A stretch of 64,000 nucleotides of DNA from Octopus sinensis (GCF_006345805.1 NW_021833255.1:13718-77717), one strand, 5' to 3'; shown: positions 1 to 13,990, counted from the first letter of the stretch. The notes: generated from the letters alone by a model not told the origin. A program made the numbers and translations.

Positions 1-378
1 ATATAAAATAAGATAGGGGTTATGAAAGTAACCCACTATGGGAATATCAGTTATCCAATATACTGCTGGTGAAGTACCCAAATACTAAATACATAAATGC
101 TTATAATTGCAATGCAATGCAATTAATTCATTTATTTTATTGAATTGGTGAAGGTAAAAAAATTTTTACCGTAAATTCATAATACAAATAAGAAAATGGA
201 GGAACAAATTCATTTCGATCATCAACTTACGGATATTACATTTCACATCATTTATTAATTATACAAATGGGAACACGAATTTCGAACAAAATAATATACA
301 TCAATGTAAAATAAAAATAAAAAAAAAATAATACAAATAAACTGCTCCTTACAGCTATATATTCATAAATTATATAAG

Positions 379-455
<77 letters not shown>

Positions 456-833
456 CGTAAACTATAGGCTAGTGAGTTTTCTTTTCAGAATTTCACTACA
501 GTCGCCTAGCAAGTTTAAAATGTCAATAGACAACATATCTCAATATAAAATAGTTTACATTTAAACACAGCAGGCAGTTTTTACACGCTACAAGAAATAG
601 TAGATGTATATATGCACATATATATATATATTTGCATATATTTACCCTCACGCAAGCAACCTGATGAGGTCGACGACCTGTAAAAATCCGAGGTAGATCG
701 TACAATTGATCGTAGCTAAAAATTAACAACTTAACCTAATTTTAATGTGTTGAGTAATTCTTTCAAATGTGTTGAGTAATTTTTTCAAATGATTGCCTTT
801 CGTTAGATTTGCATTCAATGCATATGCAGCGTA

Positions 834-919
<86 letters not shown>

Positions 920-920
920 C

Positions 921-954
<34 letters not shown>

Positions 955-965
955 CTGTCTCTGTC

Positions 966-1002
<37 letters not shown>

Positions 1003-1164
1003 ATATATATATATATGTAGGCGCAGGAGTGGGTGTGTGGTAAGACGCTTGCTTCCCAACCACATGGTTCCGGGTTCAGTCTCACTGCGGGCACCTTGGG
1101 CAAGTATTTTGTACCGACCAGAATCTTATAAGTGAATTTGGTAGACGCAAACTGAAAGAAACCT

Positions 1165-1205
<41 letters not shown>

Positions 1206-3011
1206 CATATAATATGAACAGGTGTATATAGCAAGAACAATTGTAAAAGACATTATTCTTTTTCCAATAATATCAATAATAGATAAATGTCGAAAAGAGA
1301 GCTAATGATGATATCATTGATCTAATATTGATTTCTTACATTGATACAGGGTCACATATTTCTAGGAATTCGGAATCGATCGAGTCTTGTCTAAAACAAG
1401 GAATAGAGATAAAAATACTCTGCGAACTTTCTTTCCCAACGTTACCAATTCATTCCACCAACATTTGTTTCTGATGTAATTATTCTTAAAACTGCATCTT
1501 CAGTTTCTGCCACATTTTGAATATAGGGAATCACTCAACGTGGAATAGAAAATAACATTCTAAGCAGCACCACAAATATATACTGAGCGAATATGAAATA
1601 TAATCAAACGTATCAAAGAATACGAACCGTTCTGCAAACACAGTTCTCTGGGAATTTACTACCATTCTCTATTTCCACCAAACTGAACTTTTAGAAATCA
1701 AAGAACCAAATGGAATGGAACGCAGAAATTTCAGAAACCAGGAGAATCCCAAATAACGTTCAACGGCGTCTTATGTAAGAATAAGGCTTCATTTTTACAA
1801 ACGACAGAGAAAGAATTGAAAGTGGTGCTATTAATTCTTGTATGTATAAAGAGTTCTTGGATCTGTTTTCTCCGCAATTTGCTGTTACGACCCAACACTT
1901 TCACAGTAACCTTCATTCTTGATTGCGTTCTTGCTTTGACGTAACGTTTTCTATTTGTAAATAAAGTACGGGCTAAACGTTTATCGACACCTTTATAGGG
2001 ATTGGTAAATGATGTCCATGTTTATCGATTATACATTGTAATAATACACTTAGAAATGTGACAGCACGAATGACATCTTCGTCCTAATTTCTGAAGACCC
2101 CATCACATTCAATTAAATATTTACTTTGTAAACAAAACAAACATCTTTTATAAAATGAACTCACGTTAAACAAACGAACAAAACAATGAAATAAAAATTC
2201 TTTAACTGCAGCAGTTGTCCTTTAATCTGCGATAAAATATTTAACATTACATCACATATCAATATTATAAGAGTCAGTGGAAAGAACATAATGATGTCTA
2301 AATTTCTCAGTAATATTAAGCGCTATTATTTGTGTCGATGGAGATTATGTTATGCGTGTACAGTTGCTTTTCTTCTGATGCAAACATTAAGAGTTGATTT
2401 AAGCATGGCCTTTGTTTGCATGCTGAAAACACCTAATCGTATAAATGAGGAATTTAATTTTACCACAGACAACAAACAGTGTTCCGGTTTAGGCGATCAT
2501 TCTGTAGACCGAAGTTACGAAGGAGAATTCGAGAATTCACTATTAGTGAAGAAGAATGTTCCTATTTAAAGAAAACTATAACAAGTGAAAAGTTAGTTAA
2601 AACAATACCTTGGAAAAAATGCTTTCCTCACCTGCAGTTTGGGCGATAATCGTCGGTTTCTTGCTTATTGTTGGACAGATTTAACATTCCAGGTGTGTTA
2701 CCACTCTATACGAAGGAAGCCTTAAACATTAAAATAACATCCAATGGTTTAATGTCGTCTGCCCCTGCCATTGGTCAAATCATTGCTTTACCGTTGTGTG
2801 GAAGATTTGCAGATTTTATACTTTCAAAGAAATATCTCTCAACTCGTATCGTTCGAGTTTTATTCCAAAGCGTTTCTCTGATTGTTTCAGCATGTCTGTT
2901 GATTGCCATCGGATTCCTCAGATGTGACCAAACCATTCTAATAAGTATTCTTTTGATTCTAAGTGGTATAACTCTATCATTTACCAGTGGCGGTGTTCTT
3001 GTCAACAACAG
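1..3011 (+). repeat. Segmental duplication unit A (partner ~7941-11453)
   Basis: Near-identical unique sequence, SINE, microsatellites and gene at an offset of ~7.96 kb. Confidence 0.92.
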
Positions 3012-3288
3012 AGACATTGCTCCAAATTATGCTGGTATTATATTTGGAATTGGTAACACGTTTGCCGTATTGTTTGGAAGTTTTAGTTCCTTATCTACAA
3101 AAGCTTTAACCCCAAACGGTACACAACAAGAATGGCAGATCGTGTTCGCCTTATGTGCTGCTGTATGTGTAGCTGGTGCGATATTATATGTGATATTGGC
3201 AAGAGGAGAAATCCAAGATTGGGCAATTTCAGAAGAATCCGGATCGTCTGTCAAACCAAGAGAGACAAAAATGAATGAAAAAATTTAA
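2291..3288 (+). pseudogene. SLC17/sialin-like MFS transporter, copy A (internal deletion plus frameshifts)
   Basis: ORFs 2291-2569 and 2668-3288 match the N- and C-terminal parts of copy B/C. There is a net 466-bp deletion at ~2533 relative to copy B (offset changes from 7963 to 8429) and two further 1-bp deletions at ~2615 and ~2661. Confidence 0.9.
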
Positions 3289-3764
3289 CCTTCAAGAAGA
3301 GTGAACGTAAATTTATATACAACAAATTTAAGAATTGTACTAACCATTTCAAAATATTATCTTCAGCAGTGAATAATTCAATGATAAACGATATTTTGTA
3401 ATCACCAATAATTTAATTTTATCAATATGTCAATATATGTGTTAATATGTAATTATTATTTTGGTAAATAAGGCCATTTGTAAATATCACACTAGTGTCA
3501 TGTCGTCGATCCTATATCGGTTTCTGTATCTCAGACCATACGTTTCTCAGTTCGGCACTTTTTCGGTTGTTGCTGCGCTTCTTCGACCTACTCCTGCAAT
3601 TCATTCTCCTTCCGTCACTTGAGGGGTTTACAGATTGAGCAGACACAGATACATAAACAACACACAAACACACACACACAACACACACACACAAACACAC
3701 ACACACACGCACACACACACACGCACACACACACACGCACACACACGCTTATATATTACAAATA

Positions 3765-4136
3765 TTAGGTGTATACACACATACATAAATTCCGCAAATT
3801 TATCATAAACTTTTCCTCGTTCTCGACACAATCAAAGGGATCTACTGCAACTGAAACCCGAGTGTCTTTTTGGTCAGCTAAAAGCAGTTTTTGAACAAAC
3901 TTGGCAGACTCGCGTCTCATAGCTAAACCTTCACTGAACACCTGAGATGTTTTCTCAGTTCTGCTGGTTACGGTTCTCCCAGAACGTTCGTCACCATTGA
4001 CATCTTTTTCGACCATCTTGGAAACGTCTGAGCCACTCCTATATTTGTGTGCGGCTTATACACTCCTCTCCATATACTTTCTGCAACTTTGCGTTGGCCT
4101 CTGAGCAGGTATCACCATGACAACTTTCTCTGCCAT
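3765..4136 (-). mobile_element. Mariner transposase relic (N-terminal HTH region)
   Basis: Hand translation across frameshifts: MAEKV..GDTCSEANAKLQKVYGEECISRTQI*EWLRRFQDGRK/DVNGDERSGRTVTSRTE..LAMRRESAKFVQKLLLADQKDTRV, typical of mariner transposases. Confidence 0.85.
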
Positions 4137-4912
4137 GGTCAATACGACGATCACACGCTACACACCTTCCTTCCAAGCACTGCTGTAAACAGCAGAGACA
4201 AGCTAGAACATTAAAACTTAGTGCACATGCACAGCAAAGTTCACGGTCAACTTCTGCCAAGTGGCTTTACTCTGCGTGCTTTAGCGTCGTTACTATGGCA
4301 ACATTCCTGATACTTATTGATCTTTATTTTAGATGACACCTTTAAAATCCAAGTTGTCTCAATTGCATTAATATATACATACATACATATATATCCACAC
4401 GCGCACACATATGCGCACACACATGCACACACAGACAATATTATTAAAATTAATTATAATACGTAGGAAAATTTATGTCAACACAACATTTTCTAGATAA
4501 TCCATATTGGTGAAATTTTAACTGAACATCTGAAAAAAATTTTAGCCGTTAAAAATAGTAACAAAAAGAAACGCGAAACCAAATTTAAGTTTCGACGTCC
4601 ATTCATTGAATCACGAGCAACGTTATTGAATAATTAATTTAGTTTATAAAAAAGAAGAAAAATACTATAGAAACCCCTAGGTTTTGGCAATTTGAAATCT
4701 ACGTAAAAATAAAAATAAACAGCCTAACAGAGAAAGCGTGATGATTTTAAGTATACTTCACAATGTAAGGGCTGTATTAAGAGGTGCCCATTGCGAGCTA
4801 AATCGGAGGATAAGAGAAATTATAGAAGGAAAACAGCTAGGGAGTCAATACAAATTCCGAAACAAAGTTTAAAGCACACAACAAAATAAATAAATATACA
4901 TATAAATTGATA

Positions 4913-5160
4913 TAAACTTAGATAAACTTAGATATGTTTCAACCAAAGATTGGTCCAGGCCATGTCTAACTTAATAGCACCACCTGATTGGATTATCTGA
5001 ATCCTGTTTAAGTCAAGTTTTGTTTATGGTCCATTCAAGTAGTGAGTTTTTGTTGGGTGAGTTGTATCCAGTTATGGGTGGCTTATCAGGTATTCCTTGA
5101 AGGAATCTATCTAGACTCCGTTTAAAGTTGATGGGATCCTTTTCCTCTTTGATCTCTGTA
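4913..5160 (-). mobile_element. 5'-truncated CR1/L2-group LINE 3' end
   Basis: Translates to FKRSLDRFLQGIPDKPPITGYNSPNKNSLLEW*. Shares the tail GCTATTAAGTTAGACATGGCCTGG..(TCTAAGTT) with the LINE ending at ~23805. Confidence 0.85.
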
Positions 5161-5518
5161 TAAATAAGTGAATAAAGCTACATGTAAAAGTTATGTTTCA
5201 AAACTATGCATCTTGTACGTTGGGTTCAGGTACCCCATGGAGAGGTGATAAACATTGAGACAAAAATCCAAGGGTGTATGTTTTAAATTCTGCTTTGGAA
5301 TTTATATTGATTGCCTTGATTGCCTTCTATAATTTCTCTTTTATATATATATTTCTTCCTCCGTCTTTCTTTCTCTTGGACTTTCCTCTATTTCTGAAGA
5401 AGAGCTTTTTTGTATCACACATCTGTCTGGATGTTTGCGTTGAGCAGCTGATTATGTATGTATGTATGTATGTATGTATGTATGTATGTATGTATGTATG
5501 TATGTGTCTCTCTGCCTG

Positions 5519-5626
<108 letters not shown>

Positions 5627-5893
5627 CTTACCTATCTGTCTGCCAGTCTGTCTGTTTGTCTCACCACCCACCCTATTGTCCTTATGTGGGTTTATATATC
5701 ACGATAGAAACTTGTCAAAGAACGTATCAAAAAGGATTCTTATACACGGCCATGACGATGCATACCTATCATGGGAGGGAGCCCTAATTTAAAAGGAAGG
5801 CTTCAGGTAAGAAAAATTACATTCCCATATTTACATACATAATAATAATAATAATACTAGCTTATATATAATATATATATATATATATATAAT

Positions 5894-5955
<62 letters not shown>

Positions 5956-5991
5956 GTACACACACGCACACACAACACACACACCACACAC

Positions 5992-6036
<45 letters not shown>

Positions 6037-6039
<3 letters not shown>

Positions 6040-6420
6040 GCAGTGGCTCTCATGGCTTCTGATCTTAACTGACTGGAAGTGTTGATGTACATTGTTTTGT
6101 CTTGGTATAAAAGATGGGCTACAGCAAATATTCTGCTCAATACCACAGATTTGCTTGTCAGTTGTTTGACCGTAACCAGTTGAGCATGTCCCTTAGTGGC
6201 TGACGATATGTGCATCTCTGATCACGAGCAGAAGTAGTGGGGGAGCATCATAGCCATGTGTTGAGAAGGATTCGTTGGGGTTTGAATAATCACCTCTGGA
6301 AACATGGGTATTTCGTTCAACGTCCTTAAACAACCCTTATTCAGGGACCATTTGAGCAGGATGGGTTACTCGATCTGAAGAAAATTCTAACTGCTCCACC
6401 TGCAAGGTCATGTGCTGTTT
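6037..6420. repeat. Interspersed repeat, unclassified
   Basis: GC-richer block between microsatellites that resembles a common cephalopod repeat (from memory). No second copy in the window. Confidence 0.35.
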
Positions 6421-6605
6421 CTTGATATGAGATCACCATGCCGCGCACATATGGTTGTGATGCATGTGCCTGGTGTACCTTTATCAGACGGGTAGTCATG
6501 ATGGGTATACTGGGCTTCGTATATTTTCCCCAGTGTCACTTTGATGGCATGCTCTACTCGCTCACTCAACATAATAATAATAATAATATAATAATAATAA
6601 ATAAT

Positions 6606-6671
<66 letters not shown>

Positions 6672-6675
6672 AATA

Positions 6676-6754
<79 letters not shown>

Positions 6755-6789
6755 TAAAATATAATGATAATGATAATATAATAATAATG

Positions 6790-7101
6790 GCGGTTACAAT
6801 ACCAGTGATCGTAGGAGCACTAGGAATGATCAAGAAGGGAACCGAAAATTATATGAGAATGATCCCTGGCTTACCATCCCTGCGAGAAGTGCAAAAGATT
6901 GTCTTAACTGGTACATCACACGTATTGAGAAGAGCATTGTCGATGTGAGACTGTTGCTGCTCATGTATTTTAATTAACTTAAAAAAAAAAAAAAATGAAC
7001 GAACTATTGAGTTTGGTTTAATGGCCTACTATGAGTTCTTTTGCCTAGGAGTCGGAAGAGACTCGGCAAGAAATGGAAGCAAATTTGAAAGAAGAAAAAA
7101 A

Positions 7102-7150
<49 letters not shown>
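6790..7150 (+). mobile_element. Dong/R4-like (RLE) LINE 3' fragment in (TAA)n
   Basis: AVTIPVIVGALGMIKK..LQEVQKIVL-type C-terminus: the sequence reads VIVGALGMIKK..EVQKIVLTGTSHVLRRALSM* (6790-6948). Flanked on both sides by (TAA)n. Confidence 0.75.
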
Positions 7151-7153
<3 letters not shown>

Positions 7154-7629
7154 TGTATACGAATCTCAATCTATGTATCCATGCATCACTTTGATTCCTT
7201 GATTCCACTTATTGCCACAAAGTTACCCCGAAGAATTAGTCCCTCGTCAAGACATCGGGTCTAAGTTCACTACAGAGTGTTTTCTATACCAACAATTTCT
7301 AGACATCATCTGTTGACTTATGGGTGTAAACTTATTTACACATACATATGCGTGCATGTGTGTATGTGCTTATATGTGTGTGTGTATATGGGTGTGTATG
7401 TGGGTGGGCGTATACATATTACTACACGCTAAAAATATATGAATAGTCGTTGTAGAAGAGGCCCCAACAGTTTAGTGGTTAGTACAACTTTCATATGAAC
7501 ACGTCCATCACACGGTATGTACATTACTTTTGATTAAGCGTAAAAATCTTTTGGTTATACAATTTTTCAATGAATATTTGTTTCAGGCGATTATATTGCT
7601 ACATACATTCAAACCTAAATACATACATA

Positions 7630-7757
7630 TATATTCATAAATTTATATAAGTATATATATATATATATATATTCATAAATTTATATAAGTATATATATAT
7701 ATATTCATAAATTTATATAAGTATATATATATGTTCATAATTTATATAAGTATATAT

Positions 7758-7803
<46 letters not shown>

Positions 7804-7935
7804 TCATAAATTTATATAAGTATATATATATATATTCATAAATTTATATAAGTATATATACATGTTCATAAATTTATATAAGTATATATATATATATTCA
7901 TAAATTTATATAAGTATATATATATATATATACAT
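7630..7935. repeat. Minisatellite TTCATAAATTTATATAAG + (TA)n
   Basis: About 8 tandem units with variable TA length; single units at ~362 and ~8307. Confidence 0.85.
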
Positions 7936-7940
7936 ATAGT

Positions 7941-8336
7941 ACAAAGTAAGATAGGGGTTATGAAAGTAACCCACTATGGGATATCAGTTATCCAATATAC
8001 TGCTGGTGAAGTACCCAAATACTAAATACATAAATGCTTATAATTGCAATGCAATTAATTCATTTATTTTATTGAATGGGTGAAGGTAAAAAATATTTTA
8101 CCGTAAATTCATAATACAAATAAGAAAATGGAGGAACAAATTCATTTCGATCATCAACTTACGGATATTACGGATATTACAATTTCACATCATTTATTAA
8201 TTATACAAATGGGAACACGAATTTCGAACAAAATAATATACATCAATATGTAAAATAAAAATTTAAAAAAAAATAATGCAAATAAACTGCTCCTTACAGC
8301 TATATATTCATAAATTTATATAAGTATAAATATATA

Positions 8337-8394
<58 letters not shown>

Positions 8395-8777
8395 TACGTA
8401 AAATATAGGCTAGTGTGTTTTCTTTTTAGAAATTTCACTACAGTCGCCTAGCAAGTTTAAAATGTCAATAGACAACATATTCTCAATATAAAATAGTTTA
8501 CATTTAAACATAAGAGAAAACCACCGCCAGCAGACAGTTTTTACACGCTACAAGAAATAGTAGATGTATATATGCACATATATATATATATATTTGCATA
8601 TATTTACCCTCAAGCCAGCAACCTGATGAGGTCGACGACCTGTAAAAATCCGAGGTAGATCGTACAATTGATCGTAGCTAAAAATTAACAACTTAACCTA
8701 TTTTTAATGTGTTGAGTACTTCTTCAATTTTAAATTGATTGCCTTTCGATAGATTTGCATTCAATGCATATGCAGCG

Positions 8778-8875
<98 letters not shown>

Positions 8876-9096
8876 CTCTATCTCTGTCTCTGTCTGTCTG
8901 TCTGTGTCTGTCTGTCTGTCTCTCTCTCTATATATATATGTAGGCGCAGGAGTGGGTGTGTGGTAAGACGCTTGCTTCCCAACCACATGGTTCCGGGTTC
9001 AGTCTCACTGCGGGCACCTTGGGCAAGTATTTTGTACCGACCAGAATCTTATAAGTGAATTTGGTAGACGCAAACTGAAAGAAACATTCACTATAT

Positions 9097-9144
<48 letters not shown>

Positions 9145-11453
9145 TTTCATATAAAATGAACAAGTTATATAGCAAGAACAATTGTAAAAGACATTATTCT
9201 TTTTCCAATAATATCAATAATAGATAAATGTCGAAAAGAGAGCTAATGATGATATCATTGATCTAATATTGATTTCTTACATTGATACAGGGTCACATAT
9301 TTCTAGGAATTCGGAATCGATCGAGTCTTGTCTAAAACAAGGAATAGAGATAAAAATACTCTGCGAACTTTCTTTCCCAACGTTACCAATTCATTCCACC
9401 AACATTGTTTCTGATGTAATTATTCTTAAAACTGCATCTTCAGTTTCTGCCACATTTTGAATATAGGGAATCACTCAACGTGGAATAGAAAATAGCATTC
9501 TAAGCAGCACCACAAATATATACTGAGCGAATATGAAATATAATCAAACGTATCAAAGAATACGAACCGTTCTGCAAACACAGTTCTCTGGGAATTTACT
9601 ACCATTCTCTATTTCCACCAAACTGAACTTTTAGAAATCAAAGAACCAATGGAATGGAACGCAGAAATTTCAGAAACCAGGAGAATCCCAATAACGTTCA
9701 ACGGCGTCTTATGTAAGAATAAGGCTTCATTTTTACAAACGACAGAGAAAGAATTGAAAGTGGTGCTATTAATTCTTGTATGTATAAAGAGTTCTTGGAT
9801 CTGTTTTCTCCGCAATTTGCTGTTACGACCCAACACTTTCACAGTAACCTTCATTCTTGATTGCGTTCTTGCTTTGACGTAACGTTTTCTATTTGTAAAT
9901 AAAGTACGGGCTAAACATGTTACCAAATGATCATTACTGACGTTTATCGACACCTTTATAGTGATTGGTAAATGACGTCCATGTTTATCGATTATACATT
10001 GTAATAATACACTTAGAAATGTGACAGCACGAATGACATCTTCGTCCTAATTTCTGAAGACCCCATCACATTCAATTAAATATTTACTTTGTAAACAAAA
10101 CAAACATCTTTTATAAAATGAACTCACGTTAAACAGTTGAACAAAACAATGAAATAAAAATTCTTTAACTGCAGCAGTTGTCCTTTAATCTGCGATAAAA
10201 TATTTAACATTACATCACATATCAATATTATAAGAGTCAGTGGAAATAACATAATGATGTCTAAATTTCTCAGTAATATTAAGCGCTATTATTTGTGTCG
10301 ATGGAGATTATGTTATGCGTGTACAGTTGCTTTTCTTCTGATGCAAACATTAAGAGTTGATTTAAGCATGGCCTTTGTTTGCATGCTGAAAACACCTAAT
10401 CGTATAAATGAGGAATTTAATTTTACCACAGACAACAAACAGTGTTCCGGTTTAGGCGATCATTCTGTAGACCGAAGTTACGAAGGAGAATTCGAGTGGA
10501 ACGACTCCTTACAAGCCAACATGTTGGCAGGTTACTTCTATGGGTATATGGCAACAAATATTTTGGGTGGACTTTTAGCAGACAAATATGGTGGAAAAAA
10601 AGTCCTAGGAATTTCGCTTTTATCAAAATCAATTTTAACCATTCTTCATCCAAGTTTATCTGGAGTTAGTGCTTATTTTACACTTGCTCTAAGAATATTA
10701 ACCGGTTTACTATCAGGGCCAGTGCCCCCTGCAATTCAATCATTATTTGAACGTTGGGGCCCTTCACAGGAGATAGGTTTATTGGTTGGTTCCGCATTTG
10801 CAGGTCAAATTCTAGGTAGTATTGTAGGTCTTTCATCTTCTGGTCTTCTTTGTGTTTATTGCTTTGATAATGGATGGGGTTCTATATTCTATGTATTCGG
10901 TGGAATATCGTTGGTGTTTAGTTGTGTGTGGTTTTATGTGGTTTATGACAGCCCAGACGTCCATCCCACTATTAGTGAAGAAGAACGTTCCTATTTAAAG
11001 AAAACTATAACAAGTGAAAAGTTAGTTAAAACAATACCTTGGAAAGAAATGCTTTCCTCACCTGCAGTTTGGGCGATAATCGTCGGTTTCTTTGCTTATT
11101 GTTGGACAGATTTAACATTCCAGGTGTTGTTACCACTCTATACGAAGGAAGCCTTAAACATTAAAACAACATCCAATGGTTTAATGTCGTCTGCCCCTGC
11201 CATTGGTCAAATCATTGCTTTACCGTTGTGTGGAAGATTTGCAGATTTTATACTTTCAAAGAAATATCTCTCAAATCGTATCGTTCGAGTTTTATTCCAA
11301 AGCGTTTCTCTGATTGTTTCAGCATGTCTGTTGATTGCCATCGGATTCCTCAGATGTGACCAAACCATTCTAATAAGTATTCTTTTGATTCTAAGTGGTA
11401 TAACTCTATCATTTACCAGTGGTGGTGTTCTTGTCAACAACAGAGACATTGCT
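7941..11453 (+). repeat. Segmental duplication unit B
   Basis: Starts with the same AGATAGGGGTTATGAAAGTAACCC as position 11 and ends at the insertion in copy B. Confidence 0.92.
9270..9900 (+). other. Conserved upstream block shared by copies A-D (1310-1960, 24150-24790, 35840-36420 minus)
   Basis: Collinear shared words (ATTGATACA, ATCACTCAAC, AAAGAACCAA, TTTACA..GA.A.AGAA, ATTAATTC) in the same orientation relative to each gene. Confidence 0.65.
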
Positions 11454-11504
11454 GTTCTTATTTTAGTGCCGTTTGTCGGAAATCTTTCGTCACATATCCT
11501 TTGA
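10254..11504 (+). pseudogene. SLC17/sialin-like transporter, copy B, 3'-truncated by an insertion at ~11453
   Basis: 416-aa ORF with SLC17 motifs (LRVDLSMA, GYFYGY, ADKYGGK, WGSIFYVFG, NNRDIA). Homology to copy A stops after GACATTGCT (11453), so the last transmembrane helices are missing. Confidence 0.88.
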
Positions 11505-11680
11505 TTTTTCAACGACTTTGCCATCCCAGGACAGAAGAAGACACGTAGGATGGACTGAACAGGACAGCAGGAGGATACGTGGGATACAGAGTCGCTGAAG
11601 AGGTCACAAGGTTTGTGACGAAAGATTCAGAATAAGAGCAATAATAAATTTGAAATGAGGAACGAATATATAGTGCGTGT
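11453..11680 (+). mobile_element. Short fold-back insertion with split hammerhead, truncating copy B
   Basis: 14-bp perfect inverted repeat (11481-11494/11614-11627) plus a 9/10 terminal match (TGTTCTTATT/AATAAGAGCA). CTGAAGA core at 11596. Confidence 0.6.
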
Positions 11681-13010
11681 GTTTATATGGTTACATCCCG
11701 CCAATAAAAATGGCCGTCCTAAAATATAACAATGCCTATTTCAACACACGATTCCACATGTAAAATCATATATGTATTTATGTGTTTGCTAACTCCACAA
11801 AGTTTGCATCGGTTGTCACATTTTGCTGCTTTTCCTGCAATGCTGTCTCTTTTGTGCATCAGGTATTTGACTCTTAAAAGTGAGAGTTACTAACCTGTGG
11901 TTGGTACATGATAGATTGCTTTGATGAACGATGTTACTATTCTCTCGGAGCTTTCTTTTAACATATCCATGCATGCATATATGTATATATGTATGTATGT
12001 ATGCATTGATAGCAATTTCGGAATGTGATGTCATTTTTGTTATGTTCGCCGCCATGGAAAAGTACATAAGACTGGCTGAATCTAGGTAATATGAGATATC
12101 AAAAATATTTGATATTTTCTGTATGTTTTGGGGCCTACTACTTTCAACAATCGTACTCTCGATGCATGACTGATTAACATATGACTATTCTTTTCGTTGT
12201 CTGACTAATGTTCTTGAGTGTTATTTAGAGCATATAGAAAAGTCTGATGGAAATAATATAATCTGAGAAATTGTATCCTGAGTGACATTATATATAAATG
12301 TAAGAATGTGAAATAAAGTATCAGAATTTTTGACTCCGTTGTTTCATTTTTACTCTAACTTGAGAGTTAAACACATTTTGTAACACTTAAAAATACAAGC
12401 AACTGATTTTAATGACTTCCAAATAACATGAGCACTTTTGTTTTTTTTTGTTTGTTCCTTCTCGAGCCATGCCTGGCTCATAAGGGCCGGTTTCCAGGTT
12501 TCCTTGGCGTATAGGTTCCCCACCTGGACGGGACGCCGGTCCGTCACAGGTGAGCTCCAAGATGCAGGAGGAAAGAGTGAGAGAAAGTTGTGGCGAAAGA
12601 GTCAGCAGAAGTTCGCCATACCTTCTGCCGGAGCCGCGTGGAGCTTTGGTGTTTCACTCATAAACACACACATCGTCCGGTCTGAGATTCGAACCCGCGA
12701 TCCCTCGACCGCGAGTCCGCTGCTCTAACCACTAGGTCACGTGCCTCCACAATATGAACCTTTGATCATTGTTGATCATTGTTAACAGTTGAACATGTGT
12801 TCATCTGCAAGCGATTATTTATAAAAAAGGACAGCATCGCCGAATTCTTCCAGTCATATCAGTTGCAGAAATGTGGAGGTGTATACTTTATGAAATAATA
12901 TCACACGACGGGAAAATATTGCATTGTCACACAGTAAATTTATTTTGCTGTGTAATATGAGATACAAATTCTGTTTTATATACACAGAATTATATTTATT
13001 TCTTACCGCA

Positions 13011-13136
13011 TTTATCACTGACGAGGAGAAAATTCTTATGAATTAACTCTGAAATTGGGACCGATACGATAATAACGGAATTTGTTTTAGAAATTTCTGT
13101 CGGCTTACTTCGAGACGCGTGCTTATAGTGATAAAT
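13011..13136 (+). ncRNA. Degenerate hammerhead-like motif (CGCG family)
   Basis: CTGACGA-GGAG..CTTC-GAGA-CGCG-TG. GAAA is mutated and the triplet is non-cleavable. Confidence 0.35.
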
Positions 13137-13639
13137 TATATGGTTATTGTCGATTTGTCTATTTTCGGCAAATTTTGGCATTAGAATTTTTTTCTTTTCC
13201 CCTTGTTTATAAGTTATATATATATATATACGTGTGTACGTGTGTTTATATGTATAAAAATGTAAAAACAACGAATGACTATGGGATTGCACCCAGGAAG
13301 TTCCACTCTAGAAGACCAGCTGTCGCCCATGCATACCATGTTGCCTAAGGGAAAAGAAAAAGCCGATACAGCATGGTATCAATGACGCCTAAACTCATTT
13401 TGTACAAGTAAGTCAATTTAAGCTACGTGGAATAAAGTATTTTGCTCAAGAACACACAGCCTAGTCCGGGAATCGAAATCATAACCTCACAACTGGAAGC
13501 CGAATGCTCTAGCCACTAAGCCAAGCGACTTCATATTGCATGTATTTATATGTTTATGAATATAAATTCTTCCTAAAAAATGTCTGACTTTATCTCTTTG
13601 CTATATTTTCATTTCTTCTAAATCAACCCCCTTAATCTT

Positions 13640-13990
13640 AACATCTTACTCTTTCCCGCCTTCAGGAAAATGCTGGAAGGAACTGTATCAAACTTTGTCA
13701 TTGAAAGTTACACAGACACCAGAAGAGTGTGCATTGTGCCCAAAACCTCAACATTGTCATCAGGATGCAGGCCAGATACTACAACAACTTGAAGAGCTCA
13801 GCACTTCAACATTCTCTCCCCAAAAGCCTGAGAGACGTACGTGAGGTGGATGTAGGTGACTTTAAAAGAGAACCGTATCTTTTTCCCTCAAGAGTTTCGG
13901 ATAAATCTACCTCACGGCAGGAAACGCAGATGATGACAGCAACATCGAATTCCTTCATTCACTGAATACCACCTATCGGAGGAAATAAAT
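13640..13990 (+). mobile_element. CR1/L2-group LINE ORF2 C-terminal relic
   Basis: SLPKSLRDVREVDVGDFKRE..FPSRVSDK..ATSNSFIH* resembles the RT C-terminal tail of this LINE group. Confidence 0.6.

Noticed and set aside
5390-5410. CTGAAGAAGAGC as a hammerhead start
   Set aside because: No downstream GAAA or stems.
9609-9953. LRR/Toll-like or class C GPCR reading of the conserved upstream block
   Set aside because: Only short motif resemblances; spacing does not fit and the paralogous copies have stops.
11453-11640. Solo LTR (TG..CA ends)
   Set aside because: No target-site duplication or PBS/PPT. The inverted arm plus split hammerhead explains it better.
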